64,000 bases of DNA from Escherichia phage vB_EcoM_VR7, in sequence record NC_014792.1. One strand, given 5' to 3'. Below, one piece after another: positions 10,298-21,628 of the stretch (position 1 is the stretch's first letter; each line of letters starts with the position of its first letter). Under the pieces are notes generated by a model. That model was not told the origin of the DNA, did no database searches, and saw only the letters and a list, made by a program, of their open reading frames with translations. Both the position numbers and the translations under genes were made by a program.

Positions 10298-11050
10298 ATG
10301 GCCAATATCGTAAGATGTGAAATGCCAGACGGAGTTCATCGTTTCAAACCGTTTACAGTCGCTGATTACCGTGATTTACTGCTTGTGCGAAACGACATGA
10401 ACAACAAACCCGTCGAAGAACAAAAACAATTATTAGACGAACTGTTAGAAGATTATTTTGGAGAGTATCCGAAAGCATGGAGACCTTACATATTCCTGAA
10501 GGTATTCACTTCCTCTATCGGCAAGACGAAAGTCCCGGTAGCGTTCGAATGTCAAAAATGTAAAAAGACAAAGCAGACTTTGTTTAACATGAGCCAAGGT
10601 CCATTGATAAATCCAACGATGGAAACCGCAGGGATAAAAATACAATTTAAGTTCCCTGAAGTGGAATATAAAGATAAGTCGGAGCTTGTTCTAAACACCA
10701 TCCAGACTGTCGAAGACTCGGAACAAAAGTACAATTGGGAAGACCTTCCTGAAGAAACGAAGATGCAGGTTATTGATGCCATTGATATAGAGAGCCTCGA
10801 AGAGCTCCTTAAGAAAATGCACTCGATTTATCTTCCATTTACATATGGTTGTTGCGAAAAGCACAAAACCGAATACACTGACCTGCTTGATGTCTTTAAG
10901 CTCATCCTTAACCCGGATGAAGTCTTTGTATTTTATCAAATTAACCACTTGCTGGTAAAGAATCAATATTCGCTGGATAGCATCATGCAAATGATTCCTA
11001 TCGAACGAGGTATCGCTTTATCGTTAGTTGAGAAGGACTTGAAGAAATGA
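10298..11050 (+). CDS. 51: baseplate hub assembly protein gp51
   Basis: 250 aa at the T4 gene 51 position; clear paralogy to the adjacent gp26. Confidence 0.65.
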   Translation: MANIVRCEMPDGVHRFKPFTVADYRDLLLVRNDMNNKPVEEQKQLLDELLEDYFGEYPKAWRPYIFLKVFTSSIGKTKVPVAFECQKCKKTKQTLFNMSQGPLINPTMETAGIKIQFKFPEVEYKDKSELVLNTIQTVEDSEQKYNWEDLPEETKMQVIDAIDIESLEELLKKMHSIYLPFTYGCCEKHKTEYTDLLDVFKLILNPDEVFVFYQINHLLVKNQYSLDSIMQMIPIERGIALSLVEKDLKK

Positions 11051-12216
11051 CAGCTAAATCTATGCAGCGCGAAGGCTTTCCTAATATCAGCATACGCCTT
11101 TATGAAGATTATGATGCCTGGCTTGAACACCGTTTTGTAGAACTGGCTGCAACATTTACAACGTTAACCATGCGTGATTCCCTTTATGGAAGAAACGAGG
11201 GGCTGTTGCAATTCTATGACACAAAGAACTTACATACAAAAATGAATGGCGAACAAATTATTCAGGTCTCCGTTAAGAATGCCAACTCAGACCGAACCCA
11301 ATCCAGGATATATGGAAGCAAGCACTTTGCTGTTTCTGTGGATGCAAAGGGTGATAACATAATTACAATTCAACTGGCGCCCATTCACGAAATTGAAGAC
11401 CTGAAATTTAGTCGTATGTTTTACCCGAGTGTACAAGAAACATTAGTCGAAATGACCGGGGTAATTTATCAGGACCGACCATTACTTGCTCCTCCGATAA
11501 ACGGCATAAACGTTTATGCTCCTAATGTTCCATGGTGTGATTCGATGAACCAATATATGGAATTCATAAGGGAAGTAGGTCTTGCAGTTGAGTCTGATAA
11601 ATTTGTATTTGTATGGGAAGATATCGATGGCATAAGTATTCAGGATTATGAATGGTTAACTACACAAGAGCCGATTAATTTTGTGGTGGGTGAACCTCGA
11701 TTGGTTGGTCAGTTTGTACAAAACCTCGAGACTCCGTTAGCCTTCGATTTTGAATGGTTAACAAAGGCAAACCAACATACAAGAAAACCATATGAAAACG
11801 CAACCGTGTACGCACATTCATTCCTTGACAAGAATGCAACCAGAATAACTTTTGGGGAAGGACAAAACAGCATTCTGGTATCTCGTTCCGGGGGATATTC
11901 GGATTACACATACCGAAATGGTTTCGAGGAAGCACAACGATTAATAACCATGTCTCAATATGATGGTTACGCGCACTGCAAAACATACGGGAACTTTGAA
12001 TTAACCCCGGGTGATAAGATTAACTTCTATGACCCGAAGAACCAATTCAAATATGATTTTTACGTAGACGAAGTTATTCATGAAGTGAGTAACAATACAT
12101 CAATTACAAACCTCTATATGTTTACCAATGGTAAGCCTATCGAAGTTGAAGAACCACCGAAGGTTAAAAATGAACTTAAAACTGATTCTGCCGACGAAGA
12201 AAATACAGCTGGGTGA
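11047..12216 (+). CDS. 27: baseplate hub protein gp27
   Basis: 389 aa; extensive match to T4 gp27 ([32 protein letters not shown]). Confidence 0.9.
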   Translation: MTAKSMQREGFPNISIRLYEDYDAWLEHRFVELAATFTTLTMRDSLYGRNEGLLQFYDTKNLHTKMNGEQIIQVSVKNANSDRTQSRIYGSKHFAVSVDAKGDNIITIQLAPIHEIEDLKFSRMFYPSVQETLVEMTGVIYQDRPLLAPPINGINVYAPNVPWCDSMNQYMEFIREVGLAVESDKFVFVWEDIDGISIQDYEWLTTQEPINFVVGEPRLVGQFVQNLETPLAFDFEWLTKANQHTRKPYENATVYAHSFLDKNATRITFGEGQNSILVSRSGGYSDYTYRNGFEEAQRLITMSQYDGYAHCKTYGNFELTPGDKINFYDPKNQFKYDFYVDEVIHEVSNNTSITNLYMFTNGKPIEVEEPPKVKNELKTDSADEENTAG

Positions 12217-12688
12217 TAAAGAGATTCATGTACCTAAGCTTGGACTTAAGCATCACAATCTGATTAAAAACGAACCTAATCCTTATGCTGCATTAAGAAA
12301 GATTATGCAATCGGTATTCCCTAATCTTACAGCAGCCGAATCCGACTTTGTATCTTTACATCTTCTGGAATTCAATGGTAAGCTAAAAGACAAACGCGAG
12401 ATTAATGGATTTACATATAAGCTGGATGATGTTTATATCTGTCAGCGCCTTGAATTCTCTTATCAAGGAAAGACATTTAAATTCCGCTCTAATAAACCGT
12501 ATGAAGAATTCGGACCAGTTGACAATCTCCTGGAGACCCTTTATCTCGGGGAAGATGTTCCAGACTTTCTGGATATGCCTGCTTTTGTTGCTAAGTGGGC
12601 AGACGATATCACAAGCACATTAGCAATCCCGGGTCCAAATGGTCCTGTTAAGGGGTTACTGAAAATAATGGAACTCCTAAATGAATAA
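12170..12688 (+). CDS. 28: baseplate hub distal subunit gp28
   Basis: About 172 aa from [10 protein letters not shown], overlapping the gp27 3' end; the track start at 12128 is rejected. Confidence 0.6.
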   Translation: MNLKLILPTKKIQLGDKEIHVPKLGLKHHNLIKNEPNPYAALRKIMQSVFPNLTAAESDFVSLHLLEFNGKLKDKREINGFTYKLDDVYICQRLEFSYQGKTFKFRSNKPYEEFGPVDNLLETLYLGEDVPDFLDMPAFVAKWADDITSTLAIPGPNGPVKGLLKIMELLNE

Positions 12689-14426
12689 GAACTCCGAACA
12701 AACGAGCTTCAGACGCGGTGGACCTAATAAAAAGCTTATCGAAGAATTAGCACCACAAAGGAGGGCGGAAGCCCTCTCTGCTGAACAGAATGATGAATTA
12801 TCGAATCTGAATACAACTCTTACAAATACTCAGGCTGCAACCGAACTTGTATCGGAAGCTATTGAGGATAAGGGTAATCAGATTATTGAGAATATCCAGA
12901 CCAACAATGGAGTCCTCCAGGACATCAGTGCTGGGGTTGAACTGACGGCCGAAGCCACCGAGAAGACTCAACAAGGGATTAAAAACCTCACGGATATTCT
13001 CTCGGATAAGCTCGACAAACTCAGTGCAATGATAAGCGGTAAAATAGGCGTCACGTCTCCTGTGGCTGGTTCTGAAAGCCTTAAACCTGTGGAGGACGCA
13101 CTACCAGAGCCTGAAGAGAATAAGCCCACAGCGAGCGTTCCAGCGCTCATACCGCCAGAAGAACAAAAGCCCGACGCTGACTTCATTCCGGAACCAGAGC
13201 AACCAAAAACCGATGCAGAAGGTAAAGAGACTAATACCTGGTCACTTGGCGATAAGCTTGACACACTTTCGAAGATAACCGAAAAAGGATTTAAGGCATC
13301 GATTTCTGTTGCCGACCGAATCTCCGGGATGCTGTTCAAATATACAATTACGGCAGCAGCCGAAGCGGCCAAGCTTATTGGTGGATTATTGTTGTTGGTA
13401 TTCGGTATCGATGCAATACGAGTTTACTTCCAATATTTCATGAAGCAATTCGAAAAAGGATGGGCCGAATTTAATGACAAGTTCAAAGAATGGGGACCGT
13501 TGCTCGAAGGACTAATGACTTGGGCTAAGAATGCTGAAGCAATGTTTAGTGAAAGAAATTGGCTTGGGCTGGCAGAAGCTATTATCCGTGGAATGGTTAA
13601 CTTAACGAAGAATATGGCTCAACTTCTTATGCTTGGCATTTCAAAATTAATCTCGGCTATCTTAAGTAAAATCCCCGGGATGGGTGATTTGGCAGATAAT
13701 GTGGAAGCCTCTGCGTTGATGTCTTATCAGCAAAACACGGGCGCAACCCTTGATGATGAAGACCAAACGAAGATAGCTAAGTATCACGATAAACGTTCGG
13801 CCGAAGCAATGAAAACTGCGGAGAAGATGAATAAGAAGTATAAGGATAAACCTGAACTGATTAATCAAGCCGAAAAATATGGCAACCTTACCAAGGAACA
13901 AGCTGACCAGCTTCGTGCGGGTGGTATTGACACAAGCTTCAGAGACCTTCCAGAAGAAGAACGTCTGGACTATTTCAAGAAGCGTGATAAAACCCAAGCC
14001 GATATTATTCGTTTAACCCAGACTGCAGATAACTTAATGAAGCCAGATGCAACCGATAAAAAGAATGCTGAAGCCTCATATAAAGCAATCCAGGAACAGT
14101 TGGCTGACCCTGTTATGGCAAAAGGTGGAGCCCCGAAAGACCTTAATATGCATGCCCTCCTGGAAAAACTCGATAAGTCTCTTGAGAAGTTCAAAGACGA
14201 ACCGAAAGTTAAACCACCTGATGTTAAGGCTTCTCCGGATGCACAACAAGCTGCGAAGGTTGACGAAGGCATGAAGGCCAAAGAAAATAAATACAAGGAT
14301 GCACCAGCTAATGCGCAAATTAACACGGTCAATAATATTCAGAAGACTTCCAGGACGCAATACAATATGCCTCCTCAAAGTTCAACCCCTGCCCCTGGTA
14401 TGAGACAAGCCACGAGAATTAACTAA
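12681..14426 (+). CDS. 29: baseplate hub/tail length determinator gp29
   Basis: 581 aa; T4 gp29 position and size. Confidence 0.7.
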   Translation: MNKNSEQTSFRRGGPNKKLIEELAPQRRAEALSAEQNDELSNLNTTLTNTQAATELVSEAIEDKGNQIIENIQTNNGVLQDISAGVELTAEATEKTQQGIKNLTDILSDKLDKLSAMISGKIGVTSPVAGSESLKPVEDALPEPEENKPTASVPALIPPEEQKPDADFIPEPEQPKTDAEGKETNTWSLGDKLDTLSKITEKGFKASISVADRISGMLFKYTITAAAEAAKLIGGLLLLVFGIDAIRVYFQYFMKQFEKGWAEFNDKFKEWGPLLEGLMTWAKNAEAMFSERNWLGLAEAIIRGMVNLTKNMAQLLMLGISKLISAILSKIPGMGDLADNVEASALMSYQQNTGATLDDEDQTKIAKYHDKRSAEAMKTAEKMNKKYKDKPELINQAEKYGNLTKEQADQLRAGGIDTSFRDLPEEERLDYFKKRDKTQADIIRLTQTADNLMKPDATDKKNAEASYKAIQEQLADPVMAKGGAPKDLNMHALLEKLDKSLEKFKDEPKVKPPDVKASPDAQQAAKVDEGMKAKENKYKDAPANAQINTVNNIQKTSRTQYNMPPQSSTPAPGMRQATRIN

Positions 14427-14434
14427 GGAATAAC

Positions 14435-15541
14435 ATGAAAGTAAAAGAACTCGATTTCGATTTCGATATTGCGGGTTTATTTAACGGAGGTTCTAAGACC
14501 TCCGCTGGGCAGTCAAAAGCTGCCCAGACTCAAGCTACTATTGTGGCGCAATATCCAGCAGAACGAGCTTCCGGTAATGATTCTTCAGATGATATGCGAG
14601 TTAATGACCTTTATAAAAATGGTCTGTTATTCACGGCATACAATTTCAGTTCAAGAACATCTCCGGAATTACGCTCAGACAGGTCAAGCCAATTGACTTC
14701 ATTAAAGAAAGTTTCCAATGGTGCTTCATTTAACCCGGTTAAAAGTTTAACATCTTTTGCTAAATCAAAATTAACCGGCTCCGGTTCAACAGGTAAAAGT
14801 TTTGATTCAAACGCTGTTGCAAATATCCTGTTGCCTCGTTCGAAGTCTGATGTAGAATCCGTATCGCATCGATTCAACGATGTTGGCGAATCTCTTATTA
14901 CGAAAGGTGGCGGCTCAGCTACTGGTATTCTTAGTAACATCGCATCGACTGCAGTTTTTGGCGCGCTCGAATCAGTTACAAACGGTGTAATGGCCGACCA
15001 TGGTGAACAGATTTACACAACGGCAAGAAGCATGTATGCTGGTCCGGATAACAGGACAAAAGTTTACACATGGGAAATGACTCCACGTAGCGCGCAAGAC
15101 TTAATCCAGATAGTGAAGATATACGAGATTTTCAACTATTATTCTTATGGTGAAACTGGTAAAAGCTCCTTTGCTTCCGAGCTGAAAGATAAAATCGATA
15201 CGTGGTATAAATCCACCTTCCCTTCAAAAAGGAAAGCAATCGATAACTTTGACGGTAAGTTGCTCGGTGAAGAGATAACAAGCTTCTTAACGAACGTTCT
15301 GGTGGTCTCTAACCCTACTATCTGGTATATCCGCAACTTCGGTGATACAAGCTCATACGATGGCCGTGGGGAGCTATTTGGGCCATGTCAGATTCAGAGC
15401 ATAAGATTCGATAAATCTCCGGATGGTCATTTCGGTGGATTAGCTATTGCTCCTAACCTGCCATCGACTTTTGTACTTGAAATCACTTTCCGTGAAATCA
15501 TTACGCTTAACCGTGGCTCACTATATGCGGAAGGTTTCTAA
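14435..15541 (+). CDS. 48: baseplate tail tube cap gp48
   Basis: 368 aa; T4 gp48 position and size. Confidence 0.7.
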   Translation: MKVKELDFDFDIAGLFNGGSKTSAGQSKAAQTQATIVAQYPAERASGNDSSDDMRVNDLYKNGLLFTAYNFSSRTSPELRSDRSSQLTSLKKVSNGASFNPVKSLTSFAKSKLTGSGSTGKSFDSNAVANILLPRSKSDVESVSHRFNDVGESLITKGGGSATGILSNIASTAVFGALESVTNGVMADHGEQIYTTARSMYAGPDNRTKVYTWEMTPRSAQDLIQIVKIYEIFNYYSYGETGKSSFASELKDKIDTWYKSTFPSKRKAIDNFDGKLLGEEITSFLTNVLVVSNPTIWYIRNFGDTSSYDGRGELFGPCQIQSIRFDKSPDGHFGGLAIAPNLPSTFVLEITFREIITLNRGSLYAEGF

Positions 15542-16500
15542 TGTTTACTTTACAAGAATTTCAAACACAAGCGATTAATATCGACTTGCAGAGGAATAAC
15601 CTTTTTAGCGTGGTCTTCGCGACCGCGCCTTCCTCTAAATCTCAGAATCTTCTGGACCAGTTCGGTGGTGCGTTATTCAGCAACCTTCCTGTTAACTCGG
15701 ATTGGTTTGGTTTAACGCAAGGCGACTTAACCCAGGGAATAACAACTCTTGTTACTGCAGGAACTCAAAAGCTTATTCGTAAATCAGGGATAAGCAAATA
15801 TCTTATCGGGGCAATGAGTAACCGTGTTGTGCAATCATTATTAGGGGAATTTGAGGTTGGTACTTACCTGCTTGATTTCTTTAATATGGCTTATCCAACG
15901 GCCGGGCTATTAGTTCACTCCGTTAAGCTTCCGGACAACACATTGAACTACGAAATGGACCTTAACCATAACGCGCCAAATATCAAGATAACAGGGAGAG
16001 AATATTCTCCGTTGGTATTAAGCTTTAGAATGGATTCAGAGGCAGGGAACTTCAGAGCATTTAACGATTGGGTCAACTCTGTACAGGACCCAGTTACCCA
16101 GCTAAGGGCTTTGCCTGAAGATGTTGAAGCAGATATTCAGGTTAACCTTCACTCACGTAATGGATTGCCACACACGGTTGTTATGTTAACTGGTTGTGTT
16201 CCTGTAAGTGTATCTGCACCTGAATTGAGTTATGAAGGGGATAATCAGATAGCTACATTTGATGTGACTTTTGCTTATCGCGTTATGTCAACTGGGGCGG
16301 TGGGAAGAAATGCTGCATTAGAATGGTTGGAAGATAAGGTTATTAAGGGTGTATCTGGTATTAGTTCAGATAACAACTTGAACGCAGAAGTTGCCAAATT
16401 GAGTCGCTTGTCTGGTGCCCAATCTGGATTAACAAGTCTGTACAATACGTTCACTGGTTCTGGAAGAGCCGTCTCTGGTGGAAGTCAACGTATATTATAA
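15541..16500 (+). CDS. 54: baseplate tail tube initiator gp54
   Basis: 319 aa; T4 gp54 position and size; ATGA-type overlap with gp48. Confidence 0.7.
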   Translation: MFTLQEFQTQAINIDLQRNNLFSVVFATAPSSKSQNLLDQFGGALFSNLPVNSDWFGLTQGDLTQGITTLVTAGTQKLIRKSGISKYLIGAMSNRVVQSLLGEFEVGTYLLDFFNMAYPTAGLLVHSVKLPDNTLNYEMDLNHNAPNIKITGREYSPLVLSFRMDSEAGNFRAFNDWVNSVQDPVTQLRALPEDVEADIQVNLHSRNGLPHTVVMLTGCVPVSVSAPELSYEGDNQIATFDVTFAYRVMSTGAVGRNAALEWLEDKVIKGVSGISSDNNLNAEVAKLSRLSGAQSGLTSLYNTFTGSGRAVSGGSQRIL

Positions 16501-16507
16501 AAAGAAA

Positions 16508-16533
16508 GGGACCCGAAGGTCCCTTTTTTATTT
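16508..16533 (+). terminator. Rho-independent terminator after gene 54
   Basis: GGGACCCGAAGGTCCC hairpin followed by TTTTTTATTT. Confidence 0.7.
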
Positions 16534-16820
16534 GCGGAATGAAATGAAACCTGCTACAGTCATTACAGCTTCTTTCTTAACAAAGACTGTAATCGCAATT
16601 GGTGCTTCAGATTCAAGCTGTCCAGTTACTATACCATTAAAAATATTTTCTGTTTGTTCAGAATTTACAAAGTTTTCAACAGGGCGAAGGTCGAATTTCT
16701 TATCTTCACCAAATACACGTCGTAATTCATTACCCACTGCGCTGTCAAACTCTTCTGAAGCTGGGATAACATTCTCAACTACCAGTTCCTGACCATTAAA
16801 GCGAAAAGATGATTTCATTT
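16528..16820 (-). CDS. hypothetical protein downstream of alt
   Basis: About 97 aa from MKSSFRF with GAGGAAA RBS and its own early promoter; the longer track ORF overlapping alt is rejected. Confidence 0.45.
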
Positions 16821-16882
16821 TGTTTTCCTCATGTGCAATTGATATGAACATTGTATCGCACTTCCTTGTGCTTGTAAACCCC

Positions 16883-18934
16883 CTATGAAAGGAATTTAGG
16901 AGGAATACTTTCCAAATTAATACAACTAGCAAGAATACCAAGGCCTTGGTTGACTTTCTTCGTCACCCTGGAGGATGCAAACGATGCGAAGTCAACAGAT
17001 TCTTCTGGTTCCTCGCCTTTATAAACGACAAGCTCGCCAGTTTCCATCAACACATCACCATCATAGATAACTGCATTTTCATCCAGTTGGTCAGTGGTCT
17101 GAATGTCAGGTTCCAGCATTTTGACGTTCGCATTTCCTTGATACGACGCATCCGTAATTTTTGTAATCTTAACTATAGTTCCACGAGGAAGAATAACTTC
17201 TTGCTCGGTCGGGTTTCCTGACAATTCACCAGGAACAATTACGTTAATTAAGTCCGCTCCAGAAATTTTCCAACCGACATGCATCATTACGTGGTCGCGG
17301 CGGGCATCCGGCATATCTGGTAAAACAATTTCGTCATCAGCCTGGAAAGATGTCCCATCACGATAGTCCTGATGAACTGCGGCCATAGCAACGTTCGCCA
17401 CCCAGCCACCAAAGATAATCGGTTTAAACGACGTTGATACATAGTTCCTGAAATAAAATAATTTAGATTTCTTAATTTTATCAAATGTAGGAACGTTTAA
17501 ATATTGACCACGCCAAAGAGTTGTATTAGGCGGCAACTTATGTCCAATTTCAAAGGCCGAATCCAATTCCTTAATTGTTTCGACAACTCTGTCTAGATTT
17601 AGGAATTCAGCTTCTTCTTCATAATATTTGCCCATCAAATAATTATTAATATCGGCATAGTTTGCTCCACAATAATCTGCAATTGCTTCTCGCTGGCCAT
17701 AATGGAAACGGTTGTCAGTATACCCTGCTGTGAAATTAAGAGTATTTTCTGATGCTTCTTCGGCAAAGTCTTTAACTGCAACACGAATGGCGCTTGTGTA
17801 TTCTTTTTCCCAGAGCGAGGCTGCATAAGTGGCTGCATCTAGGTTAGGAGGAGCATCATTCATTTTTCTTTCGATAAATGCGGCTTTGCGAAGGTTAAGA
17901 ATCTCTGCGCATGATTCGGCAAAAATCTGCATCTGCTTCATGCTACCAACTGGGGCACGTTTAAGTTCACGATGCATACGGTTAAAAATTGGGTCAGAGT
18001 CTTCAACACGAATTTCTTCTTTCCAAACACCATTTGCGCGCATAGCCGTATCCGCGGCGCGCATACGAGCCATAGTATTCGTTTCGGAAGGTCGAACAAA
18101 AATTTCCAGTTCTTCGGCATCATCAATTAATTCAGCAGTTGCAGGTCGACTAAACTTAGCAGCTTCTGCATCAATTTCGTCCCAACCTTCTGGCACGGAA
18201 TCACTTGGTGCGTACTGGGCTTGTGCAATAGCTCGGCGACTGATTTTAGTTTTCTGGGCAACAGCAGCGTCGGTCTTTTTGTTTGCTGCGTCAATCAGAA
18301 CTTCGGCTGCGATTTCTTGTTTGGAGACTTGCGCACCGTTATCTTTATTAGTGAATACGTCGCCAACTTTTGTTGTGACTTTTTGATATTTCTCAGGGAC
18401 AGGTGGCATACCATCAACCGACAGCAGGTCAACGCCCTTTTTGTACATAATTACATAAGCGTTCTTTTTACCGAGACCAGAAGCATTCGGAAGAACATGA
18501 TAACGCCCGGAAGTTTTCATTTGAATCAGTCGATTCATAATACGAATAACAGCTTGCTCTTGACCTTTCATCTTTTTGGAAGGGAAACGGAACAAGACTA
18601 CATCAGGTTTGCCTAGTTTGATACTTTCCCAGACTGTGGTAAAAATCAGGTTAATCGCATCAAGAGGTTTTTCACCTAGGCCACCCTTCAGAGGAACAGC
18701 ATGGCCGTGTGAAGTCCCAGAGAGCAGGAATACCTCGGCAATTGCATCACCACGTTTATATTGTTTAACAGTTTCTTTGCCCGTGAATTGCATTAAACGG
18801 GCCATAAGAGAATTGGTCCCAGGAACACCGAATTGCCAAACCTGCGGGACCTTGTATTTTGGATTCATATTAATGACAGGATAACCGAAGGCTTCGATAT
18901 ATTTGTCAAAGAGTTCATTTAATTGTTCAGACAT
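16883..18934 (-). CDS. alt: Alt ADP-ribosyltransferase (virion-packaged)
   Basis: 683 aa; T4 alt position; R-S-E ART signature readable (RGQYL...YVSTS...EVILPRGT); KISRRAIAQAQ segment as in T4 Alt. Confidence 0.8.
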   Translation of the reverse strand: MSEQLNELFDKYIEAFGYPVINMNPKYKVPQVWQFGVPGTNSLMARLMQFTGKETVKQYKRGDAIAEVFLLSGTSHGHAVPLKGGLGEKPLDAINLIFTTVWESIKLGKPDVVLFRFPSKKMKGQEQAVIRIMNRLIQMKTSGRYHVLPNASGLGKKNAYVIMYKKGVDLLSVDGMPPVPEKYQKVTTKVGDVFTNKDNGAQVSKQEIAAEVLIDAANKKTDAAVAQKTKISRRAIAQAQYAPSDSVPEGWDEIDAEAAKFSRPATAELIDDAEELEIFVRPSETNTMARMRAADTAMRANGVWKEEIRVEDSDPIFNRMHRELKRAPVGSMKQMQIFAESCAEILNLRKAAFIERKMNDAPPNLDAATYAASLWEKEYTSAIRVAVKDFAEEASENTLNFTAGYTDNRFHYGQREAIADYCGANYADINNYLMGKYYEEEAEFLNLDRVVETIKELDSAFEIGHKLPPNTTLWRGQYLNVPTFDKIKKSKLFYFRNYVSTSFKPIIFGGWVANVAMAAVHQDYRDGTSFQADDEIVLPDMPDARRDHVMMHVGWKISGADLINVIVPGELSGNPTEQEVILPRGTIVKITKITDASYQGNANVKMLEPDIQTTDQLDENAVIYDGDVLMETGELVVYKGEEPEESVDFASFASSRVTKKVNQGLGILASCINLESIPPKFLS

Positions 18935-18959
18935 AATAGGTTCCTTATAAAATATGATG

Positions 18960-18967
18960 TATTTATA
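18960..18967 (-). promoter_or_regulatory. Late promoter (TATAAATA on minus strand) for alt
   Basis: Minus strand reads TATAAATA 25 nt before the alt ATG, with AAGGAA RBS; consistent with Alt being a packaged late protein. Confidence 0.55.
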
Positions 18968-18992
18968 CTAAAAAAGGGCCGAAGCCCTTTTG
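18968..18992 (-). terminator. Rho-independent terminator after gene 30
   Basis: GGGCCGAAGCCC hairpin with T-run on the minus strand. Confidence 0.6.
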
Positions 18993-20525
18993 TTATTTTA
19001 ACCCCGTCTGTGACCAGTCGCCAAATACTTCTTCGAAAGTATCTGCCTTATCTTTATCGAATCTGAACCCTTTGATAATCGGAAGGAACAGTTTAACAGT
19101 ATTATCTTTACGAGTTTCAGAAGTCAACCAACCATTACATTCACAGTCAGCAATCATTCCAACCAATTCACCTTTACGAGCCTTAATCATAAGAGCTTCG
19201 CGGTCCATTTCATGACGCTCATCAATTGGGATAATAGCCCATTTCTTAGTCTTCGGGTCTTTGACTTGTGTTGTATCTTTGAAGCCTGACCCACAATTGG
19301 TAACAATTTTACCGCAAGAAGATTGAAGCACAACACCACCAATTTTATTTGGGTCTTTCTCGTGCTCATAGAATCCGATAATTTCCAAAGCGATGTCAAT
19401 AACTTCTTTGAACTTGTACATATTCTTAGAACGCTTGTTTTCCCAAGGAGCTGCAGTGTTTTTAAGAATAATACCTTCGAGCTTTAAAGCAATATATTTC
19501 TTATAGATGGCTTTGGCTTCTTCGAGGTTATTAACCACGTGGTTTTCAATCAGAATCATGCGGTCGTAGCCATGAAGCACCACGTTATCTGCAATCATCT
19601 TCTCTAATACCGCGAACCGCACATCATATTTCAGAGGGTTAAGAATTTTAACATCTGAATACACTTCAATCAACGGAACATAATCCCAGACCTGGAATTT
19701 CATGCCAGCTGCTTCAACCGCAGTGATAGTTCCTTTTAATGATTTGTTCGCTAGACCGTTTGACTTAGTACGAGATTCCGCAGATTCAATTTGAGTCTCG
19801 GCTTGCTCTGTATCATCAAAAAGGAAGGCCAACCCATCATCCTGGACAACTGTTTTCTGTTCATGGTATACTAACTCACCATCAATCAAAACGCCCTCAG
19901 GATGTCTCTCACGCGCTTCACGGGTGGCTTCAATCAATTCCTTTTTAAGAAGGTCAAGCTTAAGATACTCATTTCCAGCGCGGGATAACAATCGAACATC
20001 ATCCAACTCATCGCCACGAACTTCTGCAAAACACCGGGCGCCATCGGCTTTCAATTGTGCAAAGGCCGGGAACTTAATGTTTTTAGCAATACCTGCTTCA
20101 TCGTAAGAAGAAGCAAGCATCTGTGGCTGTTCAGGAATTAAACCTTTCCAAACTTTATTCGCAATCGATACGGATGCCCCACATTCCAGGTCACGCATCA
20201 TCACACGACGCAGGACTTCAACATCATCTTTTTTACCATCAGCAATATAGCCAGATAATTCCTCGATTGCCGCATTACCTGTTAATTTACGAGGGGCTAA
20301 TGTAAATTCGATAAAGTCAAGCATATCACTTATATTCAACATGCCAAAGCTTTGAGTCGTTGTCCCAGGTTTTGGCCATTTCTTGATATAGAACTGAATG
20401 CCTTTGGAATATGTCAAACGATACACACGTTTAAGCGTTTCATTTTCAGAATACGATTCCAGGATAGCTTGTTTCTCTTTCGTAGAATCGGTTGCAGCAA
20501 TTTCATTTAAAATATCTAAAATCAT
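18993..20525 (-). CDS. 30: ATP-dependent DNA ligase gp30
   Basis: 510 aa; strong match to T4 DNA ligase across the protein (MILDILNEIA..., QLKADGARCFAEVRGDELDDVRLLSRAGNEY, C-terminal FEEVFGD). Confidence 0.95.
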   Translation of the reverse strand: MILDILNEIAATDSTKEKQAILESYSENETLKRVYRLTYSKGIQFYIKKWPKPGTTTQSFGMLNISDMLDFIEFTLAPRKLTGNAAIEELSGYIADGKKDDVEVLRRVMMRDLECGASVSIANKVWKGLIPEQPQMLASSYDEAGIAKNIKFPAFAQLKADGARCFAEVRGDELDDVRLLSRAGNEYLKLDLLKKELIEATREARERHPEGVLIDGELVYHEQKTVVQDDGLAFLFDDTEQAETQIESAESRTKSNGLANKSLKGTITAVEAAGMKFQVWDYVPLIEVYSDVKILNPLKYDVRFAVLEKMIADNVVLHGYDRMILIENHVVNNLEEAKAIYKKYIALKLEGIILKNTAAPWENKRSKNMYKFKEVIDIALEIIGFYEHEKDPNKIGGVVLQSSCGKIVTNCGSGFKDTTQVKDPKTKKWAIIPIDERHEMDREALMIKARKGELVGMIADCECNGWLTSETRKDNTVKLFLPIIKGFRFDKDKADTFEEVFGDWSQTGLK

Positions 20526-20535
20526 TAATCACCTC

Positions 20536-20817
20536 TTAGTCGTTGGCTCTATTATATGCCACGTCTTCCAAAAGCAAATCCAGACGCTTATGATAAGTGA
20601 ACACAAATTTCGTGGCACCGTCTGGTTTCATTTTAGTCATGAAGTGAACATAAATGAATCCTTGCTCAACACATTCACGCCAAACGGGATTATCTTTAGC
20701 CGGATTAATATCAAACGAGTAATCATGATTCACATGACGAATAAACTGGTTAACATGACCATAATCCATCGTGGTGGTTGGACCACGGTCAGAAATAGTA
20801 TGAACGACAAACATATT
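20536..20817 (-). CDS. hypothetical protein (T4 30.1 position)
   Basis: About 93 aa from MFVVH; short overlap with the upstream ORF. Confidence 0.4.
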   Translation of the reverse strand, partial: NMFVVHTISDRGPTTTMDYGHVNQFIRHVNHDYSFDINPAKDNPVWRECVEQGFIYVHFMTKMKPDGATKFVFTYHKRLDLLLEDVAYNRAND

Positions 20818-21628
20818 AACCCCTTCCACAGGTCGGTTGATTATACCAGTATTCAATACCAGTACCTACGCCATATTGGTATGGATATGCTGGATTATAT
20901 CCAGGAGTCCATGGCTGACCTGGCTGCCAGCCTTGTTGCATTTGTTGCTGAAGACGTCGAGTTTCACGAAACAGTTCTTCCAGTTTACGGAGTTCATCTG
21001 GTGTGAATTCTGGTTTGGTCGGTTCATCTTTGTGTTTCAGTTTAAGCTGTCCAGCAACATCGTCCCAATTAAAAACTTTGGAAGCTGTTTTAGGAATAGC
21101 ATCACGTTCACCACGAGCCATCCAATAAACCGGAACTGCAAGGATTTCACTCGCATGGTCGCAATGGTGAGCAAGGTCATCAATATAACAAATGACATTA
21201 TATTTGTCTTTTGCCTTCTGGAACAACTCCTCTTTAGAGGCTGTATGACCACACATCATAACTTCTTTAAACGCACCAGGGAACAAAGCATTCAGGTTGA
21301 ATTGACGATTCAGGCGGGCGTCAATGGAATCACCCAGGGCTGTAACGGCCACAAAATCATATTGTTCTTTGAGGTTATTAATAACCCTTAACGCATCTGC
21401 ATAAGGAGACAAATAACGAATAAAATCCGAACAGTTATATTTCTCAATCAACTGTGCGCCCAACTCTTCATCACAATTGAACAGTTTGCCCGGGGTCACA
21501 AATTTTTCATCCTGAATCATCTTAAGGATATGTTCCAGGGGTAAATTGTATTTTTGAGCGAAATAAGGCAAGCCAGATTGCCATGACAAACATACGCCAT
21601 CAATGTCTGTTAAAATAACGGGTTTCAT
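20816..21628 (-). CDS. HAD-like hydrolase/phosphatase (T4 30.2 position)
   Basis: 270 aa; N-terminal LTDIDGV motif typical of HAD phosphatases; Q/P/Y-rich C-terminal tail. Confidence 0.5.
   Translation of the reverse strand: MKPVILTDIDGVCLSWQSGLPYFAQKYNLPLEHILKMIQDEKFVTPGKLFNCDEELGAQLIEKYNCSDFIRYLSPYADALRVINNLKEQYDFVAVTALGDSIDARLNRQFNLNALFPGAFKEVMMCGHTASKEELFQKAKDKYNVICYIDDLAHHCDHASEILAVPVYWMARGERDAIPKTASKVFNWDDVAGQLKLKHKDEPTKPEFTPDELRKLEELFRETRRLQQQMQQGWQPGQPWTPGYNPAYPYQYGVGTGIEYWYNQPTCGRG

Noticed and set aside
17829-18616. Plus-strand ORFs (185 aa, 131 aa) inside alt
   Set aside because: Antisense to the alt CDS, low-complexity, and no promoter or RBS context.
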